A DNA stretch of 64,000 nt from Candidatus Bathyarchaeota archaeon. Lineage in GTDB: Archaea; Thermoproteota; Bathyarchaeia; 40CM-2-53-6. The stretch lies in the NCBI GenBank assembly GCA_963833125.1, contig CAWHWX010000012.1, forward strand, positions 97,572 to 161,571. Direction: 5' to 3'. Positions 18,780 to 29,648 of the stretch are shown piece by piece (the stretch's first letter is position 1; each line of letters starts with the position of its first letter). A model generated the notes under the pieces. It was not told the DNA's origin. It did no database searches and was given only the letters and a program-made list of their open reading frames with translations. The translations under genes were made by a program, and so were the position numbers.

Positions 18780-21700
18780 TCACCCGAGGGTTTTTGGAGT
18801 TTGTCGTAAGTGCGCTTTGACACTCAAAGCACTATTCGTAGAGTTTGAGGTAACGGGCGAGATAAGCTGACTTGAGGGTTGGTAGTTGTCCATCCAGATT
18901 TCCATGTACATGTCCGAGCCCGGCGGGACGGCAATCATAGTTGAATACGTCTGCGTATCCCTCCAAAGCCACTCCCATCCCATACGTTCCCTCTGGAACC
19001 CATACTTGGAAGGAGCCGTCGAGGCTGGATGTTGTGTAGTTTCCAGGCCTAACATCAATTATGTCTGTGAGCGTGCTGTTGTTTGGCTGAAGCGTGATTG
19101 TTGCCCAAGATAAGTAACGGGCAGCGCCGAAGTAGTCTGGCCCCATCACTGTCCCGTAAATTCGGGATGCACGATCCATGAAAGTGACTACGGAAACATT
19201 CTGTGGTGCGGTAACAATTACTCGTAAGGGTTGTAGCTGGTAGTATCCATCGACCCATATTCTAATTGTGTACGTGTGAGGCGACAGGTTCCATGGGTAT
19301 AAAATCAACCCACCAGGAGTTTGGCTCGCTCCATCCGTCGTATCATAGAACCCTGACCAGATCAGCCGCGGGTCTCCGTAGTAAAGGTCGAACCCAGATA
19401 AAATAAAGTGGGCAGTGTTGGTCGGTTGACCGTTCGTTAGTTCGGTATATACGTTGCATTTGCCGCAACAAAGCGTCCTTGATCATCGAAAACCTCAATG
19501 CGCGTCGGCGTGGCGGTCAAATTGTTAATCGGTTGGGCGAAAGGTAAAGTGGAGTCGATCGAGCTGAGAAGGGCCTCATGCGTGAAAAATATAGTCAGAT
19601 CGATTACTGGGTTCGCGAATCATGTAGATAGCCACGTCAGCAATAGACCCAAGCCTGACGTACACGTGGATTATCTGCTGCTGAGTATAGCCGTGGGTTT
19701 GGATTATCACCGTATAGGTGTTAGTTAGAAGCCCATCGTAAGCGAATGTTACACTTGTTGAGTTTACTGGTTGTGTCGAATTTGTCTGGTAGACGTTTCC
19801 GTATGAGTCTATGATCAACAGCTTAATTGTCGATCCAGGGTACCCCCAATTCCCACGAACGGAATTTGATACTTGAGGAATTTGATAGTTGATCGAGCGG
19901 AGAGTCAGTAGAAGGCCTCCAGCGCGGTACAATGAGAAGCTGATTAGAGTTTCTTCTTCGCTGAGTCCGATAGTAGCTTTGACGATGTCTGTTTGGTAGT
20001 ATAGATCACGGATTCCAATGTTCGCAAATCCTGCGAAAACCGGAGAGGACGTAACACGAGCCACGATGTAATATGTCCCTGGCCGGAGGCCATAATTCTG
20101 TGAGAATAGCGAGAAAGTACCGAAACCCCTAGTGTTGCTGAAACCTTGCAAGTCAACAGTTGCATTCGTACTGCCTGACGGTACGAACGTCACATTTTGT
20201 GCTCTGAGTATGCCCTCCTGATCGTATGCTGAAACAGTCAGAGTACCCCCAACAGTGACATGTCCCCCGCTATTGTTGAAGGTCGTTAGCGGTTCTGCTT
20301 CCAGTATGTTGCTTGAGTACCTGAAGTGGACAGTTACTCGAATGCTTCCCGATCGGATGAGAGGCTAACACCGTTTCCGTGTCCGCAGTCGAATTAGCCA
20401 CGTGTACCCGAACTTCGTCGACTTGGATGTAGGATGTTACGTAGGCTTGGAGCAGGTAGTCGCCCCATGTTAGGCCTGAAGTGTAATTAGCGTAGTCTTG
20501 TGGGATGCGTCCGTCGAAACCAACTTGGTCTTGAATGATAAAGTCAAATGACGTTGCGGTGGGGTCCGTAAAACTCGTTGTGCGGTAAGGGGCTGATGTG
20601 GATGCTACCAGATTGCCTGCTAGATCTAGAAGGTCGATCGTGATGGCTCTCGGTACTGTTGAAGTGCCGTTTATCCCAGCAAGTGCCCCCCAGGGGATCA
20701 AGTTTCCTTCCGGGTTCTTGGACAAAACCGTCCCACTAACAATTACGCTCTCATAGAGATACACATCCACTCCTTCCAAAGATTGAGCGGCAGCGACGCT
20801 CACAGTCCACGGTCTAACTGTTGGAAGATACCCTGCAGCGTAAGCGGTTATGTTGTAAGTGCCCGGCGCCACTCCGAATAATGTATAATTCCCACCAGCG
20901 GTCGAATTGAGAAACGCTTGAGCTGAAACTGCTCGGCCGAGGTAATCGTAAGCCCGTCGCTAGGACGCGAGCTCCAGTCCCGTTCGGGAGGAGTTATTGG
21001 TTGTCCCGCTCTCGAAGCGTTCCGGTCGCCCGAGTCTCGCAGGACGCCGGAAATGTATGCAGGGTCCCGGCTGGCTTTGACTACGAGAGTTGGGAAATTT
21101 CCCGCTCCGATTGAGATACCGTTTATGAATGCTTTGAAGAAATACCGTCCCGCCGTCGTTGGGGACGTTACTTGAAAGAGTCTGATGTATTGCGTTCGAT
21201 CGATTGGGAAAGTCTGATTTCAGGATTCACGTCGCTTGGATTATTGGTGACGGAAAGCGAAAATGCAACTTTCCACCAACTGGGTCCAATCTGATCAGAG
21301 GCTGATTGTCTTGACAATCGGATGATGTGTGGGTCGTAGTTGTTTGTGAAGCTGGTCCAGGTTTGGCTTATTGTCAACCCGGAGAAGTCAGGCGGGATGT
21401 ATATGTCGAGCGTAACCGGTACCGAGATTGGTGGTGAAGGATCGGGGGCAACACTCTGGAAGTTAACGTTGCGTCAGTGGGAGCAAGCCAGCCGATAACC
21501 TGAAAGCGCTACGTTGCCATGTCGCCAGTGCAGCCTGTTGCAGTAACGCTGTATGTGCCTGGCCGAACTTTGGCGACAACGAAGGAACCGGATGTGATAC
21601 GTGCCACCTACAATCGTGCAGCTGGTAGGAGGGCCACTGGAATGCCTGAAAATGAGCAGACTCGTGTCACTCAAGGAAAATCCTGAGCCCGTCACTGAAA

Positions 21701-22577
21701 TGGTCATCCCTGGTGGTGTCCAAGGACGGACTGAGCGTGATTTGTGGAGTGAGGCGGAGTGTGGAGGAGTATCTGTGATGGTGAAGAAAGCGTTAGCTTC
21801 TCCCGTATCGCCCCCGTTGGTTGTAACAGTAATAGTAATAGGTGCCAGGGAGTGGCAGGTGGACCTGCAACAGTAAATGTGCCTGTTAGGACACCACCCG
21901 CAATTTGCAGCTAGAGGCGGATACGGGGCTACCATTCAAGGTGCAAGAAGTATCGGGGAGTCGAATAAAATCCAACCCCAGAAACCTTACAGTCACCCCG
22001 GCCTGGCCGGAAGATGGATTCAGAATAAGTGACGGGGGAAGGACGGTGAATGAGGCTGAAGAGTAATCGCCTCCCGCGCATGACAGCCCGTTGCAGTAAC
22101 AATGTAAGAGCCAGCGGGCACATTGCCGACATTAACGAGGCGGTCAGAATGCCGCTGTGAGATTGGAGAAAACGCACAGGTCGAGGGGCGACTGGTATGC
22201 CTGACAGCGTACAACTCGTATCCTCGGAAGAAAATCCCGATGCATCACCAGAACTCGGACTCGGAAGAGCAGGAGACCCATACTTGGGCGGAGGTGGGGT
22301 TGAGCATGAGTGGGTTTAGGGTGACGTTGAAGAGAAGGTCTCCTGTGCTATTTGTTAAGATGGCGCTGTCCGGGTAACTCAGTTTTACCGAGCCGAACGT
22401 TGGGAAGTCGTTGCCAAGTGGCAGGTCGTACTTGCCGGGTGATACGCCGACTGTTGAGGTGTTGGTGCCGCTTGAATATGCTGGGTTGGCGGCGACCTCT
22501 ACCAGAATCAGGGTCAGTAGGAGGGTTGCTGCGACGATTTGTTTGATGCTTGGTCGCCCAGCAGTGTAGCCGGACAT
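18780..22577 (-). CDS. Large secreted surface protein with carboxypeptidase-regulatory-like/Ig-like domains, broken into at least 8 fragments
   Basis: Colinear minus-strand fragments: signal peptide (22245-22577), ISVTGSGFS repeats, APGTYNITAYAAGY and GSFQVWVPEGTY. Confidence 0.6.
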
Positions 22578-22597
22578 TAGAACAGCCAGGGTGTAGC

Positions 22598-23037
22598 TTA
22601 GGTTTCTTCTAACTTCTTCTCTTCAGCTTGATCCGTTTGATCTGCTTCAAGCGCTTCCTCTTCCTCAGCCTTGGGGCCTCTGAATCGAACATAGGCCAGG
22701 GCAAATAGTACGATTGCGAGAACGATGAGAAAGCCGGTTATGAACGATGAGAGTAGGAAGGAGTTCTCTGAGCTCGCTCCCCTGCGGCGGCTCTGAAGGA
22801 TCCGCCACCCGTGAATGTTCCTCCGCCAGTAAATGTTCCACCAGTGAAGGTACGAGTGAAGGTTGGTGGAGGGGCTAGTGTATAGATTAGAAAGGCGTAT
22901 GCAGTGTTGAGCAAGCCGGAGACGAGAGAAGCGATTAGCAGTCTCTTCTTTGTAATTTTTCTAGTTTGAGAGACGAGTATAGAGCCTAACGTGATTCCGG
23001 CGATTATCATTGGGATTATGATTGGGGTTGTGGGCAT
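22598..23037 (-). CDS. Three-TM membrane protein with a TFTGG repeat loop (frameshift ~22780)
   Basis: ORF 22738-23037 continues in a shifted frame as SFLLSSFITGFLIVLAIVLFALAY...EET*. Confidence 0.65.
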
Positions 23038-23073
23038 CGCAATCTGACCATGCTACGCGGAGATTCAAACGAA

Positions 23074-23103
23074 TTTATATAAGGCTAACTACAGGCGGTA
23101 GTC
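23074..23103 (+). promoter_or_regulatory. TATA box plus BlaI-type operator 1
   Basis: TTTATATA at 23074-23081; AACTAC-AGGCG-GTAGTC at 23087-23103. Confidence 0.7.
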
Positions 23104-23118
23104 GGGAACTGGTCACCG

Positions 23119-23547
23119 TTGAAATTACAGGTTCTTCACCCAAATAACAAGGACATTCGCTTTGCCTTGGGTGATCTGGAGGCGGCGATGCTCCAAGAGC
23201 TATGGAAGTCGCCAACGGCTCTCTCTGTTAGAGAGTTTCATGAGAAGATCTCACGTAGCAGACCGCTCGCAGTCACCACCGTTGCTACGATCTTGGACCG
23301 ATTGTACCGGAAAGGTGTTCTTTCACGAAAACTTGTGAAGGAGGGTGGCCCGCATTACCTGTACTCCTCACGCCTCACAAAGGACGTGTTCAAACATGTT
23401 GTCGTGAACAACGTGATGGGAGCCCTGCTTCGCGGCTTCAACGACGTAACGGTCGCATACCTGGCTGAGAAGATGGCGGACAAACCAGAGGATCGCAGAA
23501 TTATATCCAAGTACCTGAACAGGTTGAAGAGTGACGGCGGCAAATGA
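23119..23547 (+). CDS. BlaI/MecI/CopY family transcriptional repressor
   Basis: LGDLEAAMLQELW...SVRE...LAVTTVATILDRLYRKGVLSR...YLY. Confidence 0.9.
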   Translation: MKLQVLHPNNKDIRFALGDLEAAMLQELWKSPTALSVREFHEKISRSRPLAVTTVATILDRLYRKGVLSRKLVKEGGPHYLYSSRLTKDVFKHVVVNNVMGALLRGFNDVTVAYLAEKMADKPEDRRIISKYLNRLKSDGGK

Positions 23548-24494
23548 TACCAGCTCCTGGGCTGCTGATGTTTGTCGCGTGGGTTCTGGTAGGACCACTC
23601 AGCCTCCACCATGAGTTATGGCTGCCAACGTTAGTTCTCTCGACTCTTTCATTCGCCGCTTTGGGCTTAACCATCATCGTGAGACGATCGTATAGATTTC
23701 AGTCCACAGCCCTTCTAGCAGCACTGGGGATAATGTTCTTTGAGAGCTTGCAGACAGTTGCAAGTTGGTTGCACATCGAGCTGTTTGATCCCTCCTTCGT
23801 AAGAGGAGATGAGGTTCGACACTTTCTATCATTCTTCTTTACGCTAAATGCTGGCTTGGCTGCAGTAGGAACGGCCGCCGCCGTGGGCGTTGCTCTATCC
23901 TTAGAACTAAGGAAGTCCCATCTTCCGCTGGCAAAGCTATTTCCGGAAATGCAATTTGAAACCGCACCACCCGAAGTTACGAAATCTGTCGAAAGGCTTT
24001 CCGAAACTATGGGCGTCGCTCCACCGAAAGTAACCCTAATCGATTCGGGAAACCCAGCCGCGTTCATCACACGTTCGAAACGGGAATACGTGTTGGCAGT
24101 TTCAGTAGGACTTCTAGAATCGTTGAGTGCCAATGAGCTGGATGCTTGTCTTGCACACGAATTGTCGCATGTTAAGAATAATGATTTTTCGGTGAGGACA
24201 TTTGCGACTGCGGCGAGAGTTGCGTTATTTGCACATCCGTTAGGCCATTTGATTGAACCAGCCGTTTACAGGGCTCGAGAATTCCTCGCGGACAAGACGG
24301 CTGCAGATCTTGCTGAGCGCGGCGCACTGATATCTGCTCTTTCAAAGCTTAGGGAATCCCAGAATTATGTCGCGGTGCACAGGTCAATCGGAACTGCTTG
24401 CTTGTTCAATTCCGTTGGCACAAATCCCTTGTTCAGGTTATTCGATAAGCATCCAACACTCGAGAAAAGAATAAGTGCTCTTCAGGAGCAGTAG
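23544..24494 (+). CDS. Membrane zinc metalloprotease, M56/M48 (BlaR1-like)
   Basis: About 4 N-terminal TMs, ELDACLAHELSH, REFLAD and HPTLEKRI; ATGA overlap with the repressor. Confidence 0.85.
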   Translation: MIPAPGLLMFVAWVLVGPLSLHHELWLPTLVLSTLSFAALGLTIIVRRSYRFQSTALLAALGIMFFESLQTVASWLHIELFDPSFVRGDEVRHFLSFFFTLNAGLAAVGTAAAVGVALSLELRKSHLPLAKLFPEMQFETAPPEVTKSVERLSETMGVAPPKVTLIDSGNPAAFITRSKREYVLAVSVGLLESLSANELDACLAHELSHVKNNDFSVRTFATAARVALFAHPLGHLIEPAVYRAREFLADKTAADLAERGALISALSKLRESQNYVAVHRSIGTACLFNSVGTNPLFRLFDKHPTLEKRISALQEQ

Positions 24495-24497
24495 GCC

Positions 24498-25376
24498 TTG
24501 ACCTGGTCTACAGGGCGTCGAATCCTGATCATCATGGTATTGTTGCTGCCCTTGTTTACGCAGCTGCCTGACTCCAACGCCCAGAGCGCTGCGCATCTAT
24601 CGGTTTCCGTGACGGGACAAACATTGGTTGCGGGTTTGAACAATACAATGACCGTCACCGTATCTAACAACTATAGTGGATACATAGCAATCTACGACGT
24701 CGACATTTCAGTCTCTTTACCAGCACCCCTGGTCATACAAGGCGACAATCACTGGCATTATGACTCAATCCAATACGGACAGAGCGTAACAGTCACCTTC
24801 CCCATCTACGCTCCATCGTCCGCGGCTGGCAGCTCGTATCAAGGCACCGTTACGGGAACGTACAAGCAGTTAGGCGATGTTTCCTACACTCAGGAAAGCC
24901 ATGTGTTGGGCGTATCGGTTACTGGATACATCAGTTTGGTAGTTTATGGAATTCAATTTACTCCCTCTACAATTTCGTCAGGTGGCAATACGACGATCTC
25001 GGGGAATGTGCTGAATAACGGAAACCTCGCATCCTACAACGCCAACGTCACCGTTGAATCTGACTCAATCATACCAGGCCCGCAGAACAGCGTCTTCCTA
25101 GGAGAGATTGATCCAAACATTCCAAGGCCCTTCAGCGTTCTAATTGTCTTCCAGCCGAATCTCGCGCCGGGAAACTACACGGTCACCGTCAGGGTAGCCG
25201 TCACCGACAATAACCGCCCTGGAATTCCAATAGTGAGCGGAGCCTCTGGACAGGTTCAAGTGATAAAGCCGTCCCAAACCGGAGGGGGCCGAGGTCAGGG
25301 CCTCAGCGTAATCGGCCTAATTCTGACCTTTCTCCGCAACCTATTCAACACCTTCTTCGGCTCAAGCTTCCCGTAA
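24498..25376 (+). CDS. COG1361-like secreted S-layer-domain protein
   Basis: Signal peptide; Ig-like domains with GNVLNNGN and VFLGEIDP. Confidence 0.75.
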   Translation: MTWSTGRRILIIMVLLLPLFTQLPDSNAQSAAHLSVSVTGQTLVAGLNNTMTVTVSNNYSGYIAIYDVDISVSLPAPLVIQGDNHWHYDSIQYGQSVTVTFPIYAPSSAAGSSYQGTVTGTYKQLGDVSYTQESHVLGVSVTGYISLVVYGIQFTPSTISSGGNTTISGNVLNNGNLASYNANVTVESDSIIPGPQNSVFLGEIDPNIPRPFSVLIVFQPNLAPGNYTVTVRVAVTDNNRPGIPIVSGASGQVQVIKPSQTGGGRGQGLSVIGLILTFLRNLFNTFFGSSFP

Positions 25377-25453
25377 CCATGAGATGAGCCTGGCCTCCGG
25401 CCAGTGCTTCAAGTCGAAGGTGCGTTTGAACCGAATGTCTCGGTAAACGATGG

Positions 25454-26725
25454 TTATTCGTACTTCAGCGCAACAACCGGGTTCATTCTCGAAGCTCTCC
25501 ATGCAGGATACAACCCTGCAACAGTCGCTAGGAGGACTGGGAATGTGAGTGCGAAGATTATGAGCCCTGTTGAGAAGACGGGTTGAATACTCGGTGCTGC
25601 TGCTCCGCCTCCACCCCCCCTCCCCCAAATCTTACTCCGCCGCCTCCTAATCCTCCTAGAAACCCGCCCATTAGGAACGAAAGTGCGTAACCAAGCATTA
25701 GGCCACAGACCCCTCCTACTACTCCAGTTAGCGCGGCTTCGGACAAGAACATGCCCATGATTTGCTTCGGTCGATACCCTATAGCTTTCAGGATACCGAT
25801 TTCTCTCGTGCGTTCCATAACCGAGACATACATTGTGTTGACTATCCCAACCGTTGCGACGAACAACGACACTGCTCCAATGCTGCCTAGAAATACCGTG
25901 AGTTGCCCTGTGATTCCTTGGATGCTGGATAGAATCTGTCCGGGGCTAATTACGCGAACATTGCTGCCGTAATATGTTGTTATTGTATTCTGAACGTTCG
26001 CGACGTCACCAGTGTTGTCAACGACAATGTAGATTCCGTTGAAGTATGGCGTCTTTGAGAGAATCGTAGCCGCTTGAAGTGAAATGTAAACCGTATCATC
26101 GATGTTCGAGAAAAGTGCTGTCCCGTATTGGGTGAGGATTGCGCTTGCAAGCACCGAGTATGCAATGGCTGATTTGGCTCCTTTAATTCCCGTAAGAGAC
26201 ATTGAAACCAACTGATGGAGGCCGATCGGCGTTCCTGAAGTAGGGTTCGCAATGGACCATCCGATTGCGGCGGAAGTGGTATCCCCTGAAAGAGGAATGC
26301 TGCCCTCAGCAACCGTTAGCCCGTTATACAAAACTGGCAGGGCTGAAAGATCGATTCCGACTACAGAGGCTTGAAGCGTTGCACCCCCATTCATGATGGA
26401 GGCTCCGAAGGAATAGTAAGGATAGGCCTCCGCCACACCGGGAACGCTCTTCAAGTAGGTGATGTCAGATTGGCTTAGTTGATATGTATTAGATGAGCCA
26501 GCCTCAAAGAAACCGCCCGCATTACGAATTGTGAGGATGTTCGCCCCTGTCTTCTGCGATGTTGGCAGTAATTCCCGCGCTAAGCCCACTTGAACTCGCA
26601 ATCAAGGCTAAGATTATGGCGGAGCCTACCGTTATCCCGAGAATGGTTAGGACGCTGCGTATCTTTCGGTCGAGCAGCGCTTTGGCCGCCAACTTGAACA
26701 TATCAGTGACTAACATTTTTCTCAA
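25454..26725 (-). CDS. MacB/FtsX-type ABC permease (two frameshifts)
   Basis: RSVLTILGITVG and GIVNTMYVSVMERTREIGILKAIG; reconstructed end AGLYPAWRASRMNPVVALKYE*. Confidence 0.9.
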
Positions 26726-27477
26726 CCCAACGAGTAGGAATCCAGTCTTTGAAGGTATTGCTCTTTTTCGACTAGTCCGTCTCGAATAGAGATCACGTGT
26801 TGAGTTCTCTCCGCGATATCTGGATTATGGGTGACAACAAGTATGGTGGTGCCGAATTGCTTGTTTACACTGACAAACTGATCAACCACCTCACTAGTGG
26901 TCTTTGAATCCAGGTTTCCAGTCGGCTCGTCGGCTATGACGAGGGCCGGTAATGTGACTAAGGCCCTGGCTATTGCGACGCGTTGCTGTTCTCCACCGCT
27001 AAGCTCAGCGGGTCGCTTGCTCGCCTTTGATCCAAGGCCCACTGCACTGAGCATCTTCAAAGATTTGCTCCTTCGAATCTTCTCAGGCATACCGCGAGAG
27101 ATGAGAGGCATCTCGACATTCTCTACTGACGTGAGGCGTTGAATCAGGTTGAATGATTGGTATACGAATCCAAGCTTGCGGTTTCTGAGTATGGCTAGCT
27201 TATCTTCGCTTAGCTTTCGAATGTCGATTCCGTCAATGATTATCCGACCAGCCGTTGGCCGGTCGAGTGCCCCAATCAGGTTGAGAAGTGTCGATTTACC
27301 GCTGCCTGAAGGCCCCATTATGGCAACGAACTCGCCTTTGTCAATCTTCAAGTTGATTCCTTTCAGGGCTGGGTAGTCTGTATGGCCTACTCGGTAGACT
27401 TTCGTAACGTCAATTGTTTGAACTGCTAGGTTGGTCTTTGGGCTGGTCGGCGCTGTGGGGGGAGGCATCTTATTCAT
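26722..27477 (-). CDS. ABC ATP-binding protein (LolD/MacB type)
   Basis: GPSGSGKST, LSGGEQQRVAIARAL and ADEPTGNLD. Confidence 0.95.
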   Translation of the reverse strand: MNKMPPPTAPTSPKTNLAVQTIDVTKVYRVGHTDYPALKGINLKIDKGEFVAIMGPSGSGKSTLLNLIGALDRPTAGRIIIDGIDIRKLSEDKLAILRNRKLGFVYQSFNLIQRLTSVENVEMPLISRGMPEKIRRSKSLKMLSAVGLGSKASKRPAELSGGEQQRVAIARALVTLPALVIADEPTGNLDSKTTSEVVDQFVSVNKQFGTTILVVTHNPDIAERTQHVISIRDGLVEKEQYLQRLDSYSLG

Positions 27478-27494
27478 AACTACACGCCATAGTT
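27478..27494 (-). promoter_or_regulatory. BlaI-type operator 2, abutting the ABC ATPase start codon
   Basis: AACTAC-ACGCC-ATAGTT, same architecture as operator 1. Confidence 0.65.
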
Positions 27495-27546
27495 GGTAAA
27501 TTTACGTGTTATGCTCTCACACGTTGTCTTCAGAGAGTTGATGGCT

Positions 27547-27647
27547 TGGTGGGGCCGGCCGGATTTGAACCGGCGGCTTCGCGGTTGCCTCGGAGCAACT
27601 CACGCGGGCCCAAGCCGCGTATCATAACCATGCTAGACTACGGCCCC
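27547..27647 (-). tRNA. tRNA-Pro(TGG) with a 23-nt intron at 45/46
   Basis: GGGGCCG acceptor stem, CGCGG-CTTGGGC-CCGCG arm and CCA. Intron 27578-27600 forms CGCG-TG^A-GTTGC/GCAAC-CGCG-AA^G BHB. Confidence 0.92.
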
Positions 27648-27725
27648 TAACCTGCTGATAGGCCTGGGGGTTTATGTGCTTGTTGAAGCGATGCTATCAG
27701 CGAAATTGAGCAAGTCGCGTGGGCT

Positions 27726-27974
27726 ATGCCATGGACTTCCCTTGACCTGAAACTCAATCCATGTTTCCACAAAGCTTTTTCAGTATCTTGGCAGAAACAG
27801 TTGCTCGTGTTTCGGTTGTCGGAAGATCAAGTTGAGGAAGTCGAATTGGTCATGGTTGGCCCGCCGCTTGAAGTCCTGGGGGATCTCTATGTCTGCGCTA
27901 GTTGCGGAGCCCCGCTCACCGAGATTCCGGCATATAATCGGTTCTATTGTGAGAACTGCGGCTTACACTACTAG
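27726..27974 (+). CDS. Small zinc-ribbon protein (start probably ~27816)
   Basis: CASCG...FYCENCG. Confidence 0.6.
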   Translation: MPWTSLDLKLNPCFHKAFSVSWQKQLLVFRLSEDQVEEVELVMVGPPLEVLGDLYVCASCGAPLTEIPAYNRFYCENCGLHY

Positions 27975-28037
27975 GGTCTAGCCGCTCAGAAAGGTTTGTT
28001 TAACCATCGGAGATTCCAACCCTGGCGCAGCTAACAG

Positions 28038-29609
28038 TTGCGAGATAACAGAGAGCGGCAACCACGCAGCCATTGCCATATGGCGACCGCTTGCATTCTC
28101 GTTATTGCGATCACTATAGTGTGCACCGCCGTGGCTCAACACTCAGTCGCAGCAGTTGCTACCTCACCACGGTACATCGACGAGTATGACGTGCCGACTC
28201 CAAATTCTGCTCCGCTCGCTTTGACTGTGGATCGGAATGGAATTGTTTGGTTTACTGAGTCGAATGCAACTAAACTCGGTCGGTTCGATCCGAGGACAAA
28301 CTCCTTCACGGAGTATGCGGTTCCTGGGGTGGGAGATATGTGGGGAATAACTGTTGATCAGAGCGGAGCCATTTGGTTAACCCAATACTCCCTCAAAGGT
28401 TCAGTAAACCCAGGAGGAGCAATCGAACCTGGAGGAAACGGAAGACTGGTTCGGTTCAACCCGAGTGATGGAAACTTCACGGTCATCACAATTCCGACTC
28501 CCGGATCTTTCCCGTTCAGAATAATCTCAGATGCACAAGGCCAACTGTGGTTTACGGAACTGTTAGGAAATAAGATAGGTTCGTACGATCCATTCTCTGG
28601 CAAACTTGAGGAGTATCTTGTTCCAACTCAGTTTGCCGGCCCGGCGGATCTAACATTCGACAGTCACGGTACATTATGGTTCACCGAAGCCTACAACGAA
28701 TCAGTTGCAAGGTTCGACCTGCAAACGAAAACGTTCATCGAGTACCATTTTTCCTCAATAGACCCCACACAGTACGTTGGCTCCCCGGTCGGGATCGCCG
28801 TCACACCAGGACGGAGTCGTGTGGATAGCTGATCACGGCGGAAACTGGATTGTAGAATTCAACTCCACGTCCCAGCAAATAATCCGCTATCCAACCCACG
28901 AACCCCCACCACAAGTCTATCCAATTTCGATACCAAACGATTTGCTGCTAGACGGAGAGGGAAGAGTATGGTTCTGCGGAGCATGGCGGCAACAGCATAG
29001 GCTTTCTAGAACCCAGCACGCAGAAGATGGTTGAGTTCGCCATTCCAACTGGACCGATCAGCACCGCTCTATGGATCGCCTTGGCCCCCGATGGGAACGT
29101 ATGGTTTACTGAATGGAGTGGAAACAAGATTGGAGTCGTCCAAGCGAACCAAACAGTTCCCTTCGCTGTAAGCGCCTCTGAAAGTCAGTTAGATCTGCAG
29201 CCCGGCGGGCAAACCAGTTTAATGTTGTCAGCGAGCGGTGTGCAGAGCTCCAGGAAACGGGACTTATGTTTACTCCTGGCCGTCATACACTCCTCAAGAC
29301 GTTAACGTAACCTACTCTCCGCAAAGTGCATCACTCATGAACCTCGCCAACAACCCAAGTCAGGCTACTATCACGGTCTCCCCACGCACGACACCTGGAC
29401 AGTACGTTCTCGGGTTGGGACTCGACGCCGGTACTGTGAGAGTTTGGGCTATGGTCAAGACTGAAGTGAGCGGTAAGGCAGCAGTGACGTTCCTGCTGCC
29501 TAATACAGACTGGTTCATTATTGGCGCGGCGGTCGTAGTTGTGGTTCTGATTCTTGTAAGGCAAAAGCGACTTCAAAAATCGAGTCCGAAGACGGCTGTT
29601 CGGCCCTGA
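28038..29609 (+). CDS. Secreted, membrane-anchored Vgb (virginiamycin B lyase)-like beta-propeller, three frameshifts
   Basis: Repeated P..I..D..G.VWFTE...KIG.FDP blades across four ORF fragments; C-terminal TM with basic tail. Confidence 0.8.
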
Positions 29610-29648
29610 CGATGTTAATTTAAACCTAGACCACAGTCCTTAGCCTGG

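Noticed and set aside
22797-22865. TFTGG-coding tandem repeats
   Set aside because: Low-complexity protein linker with synonymous variation, not a DNA-level repeat system.
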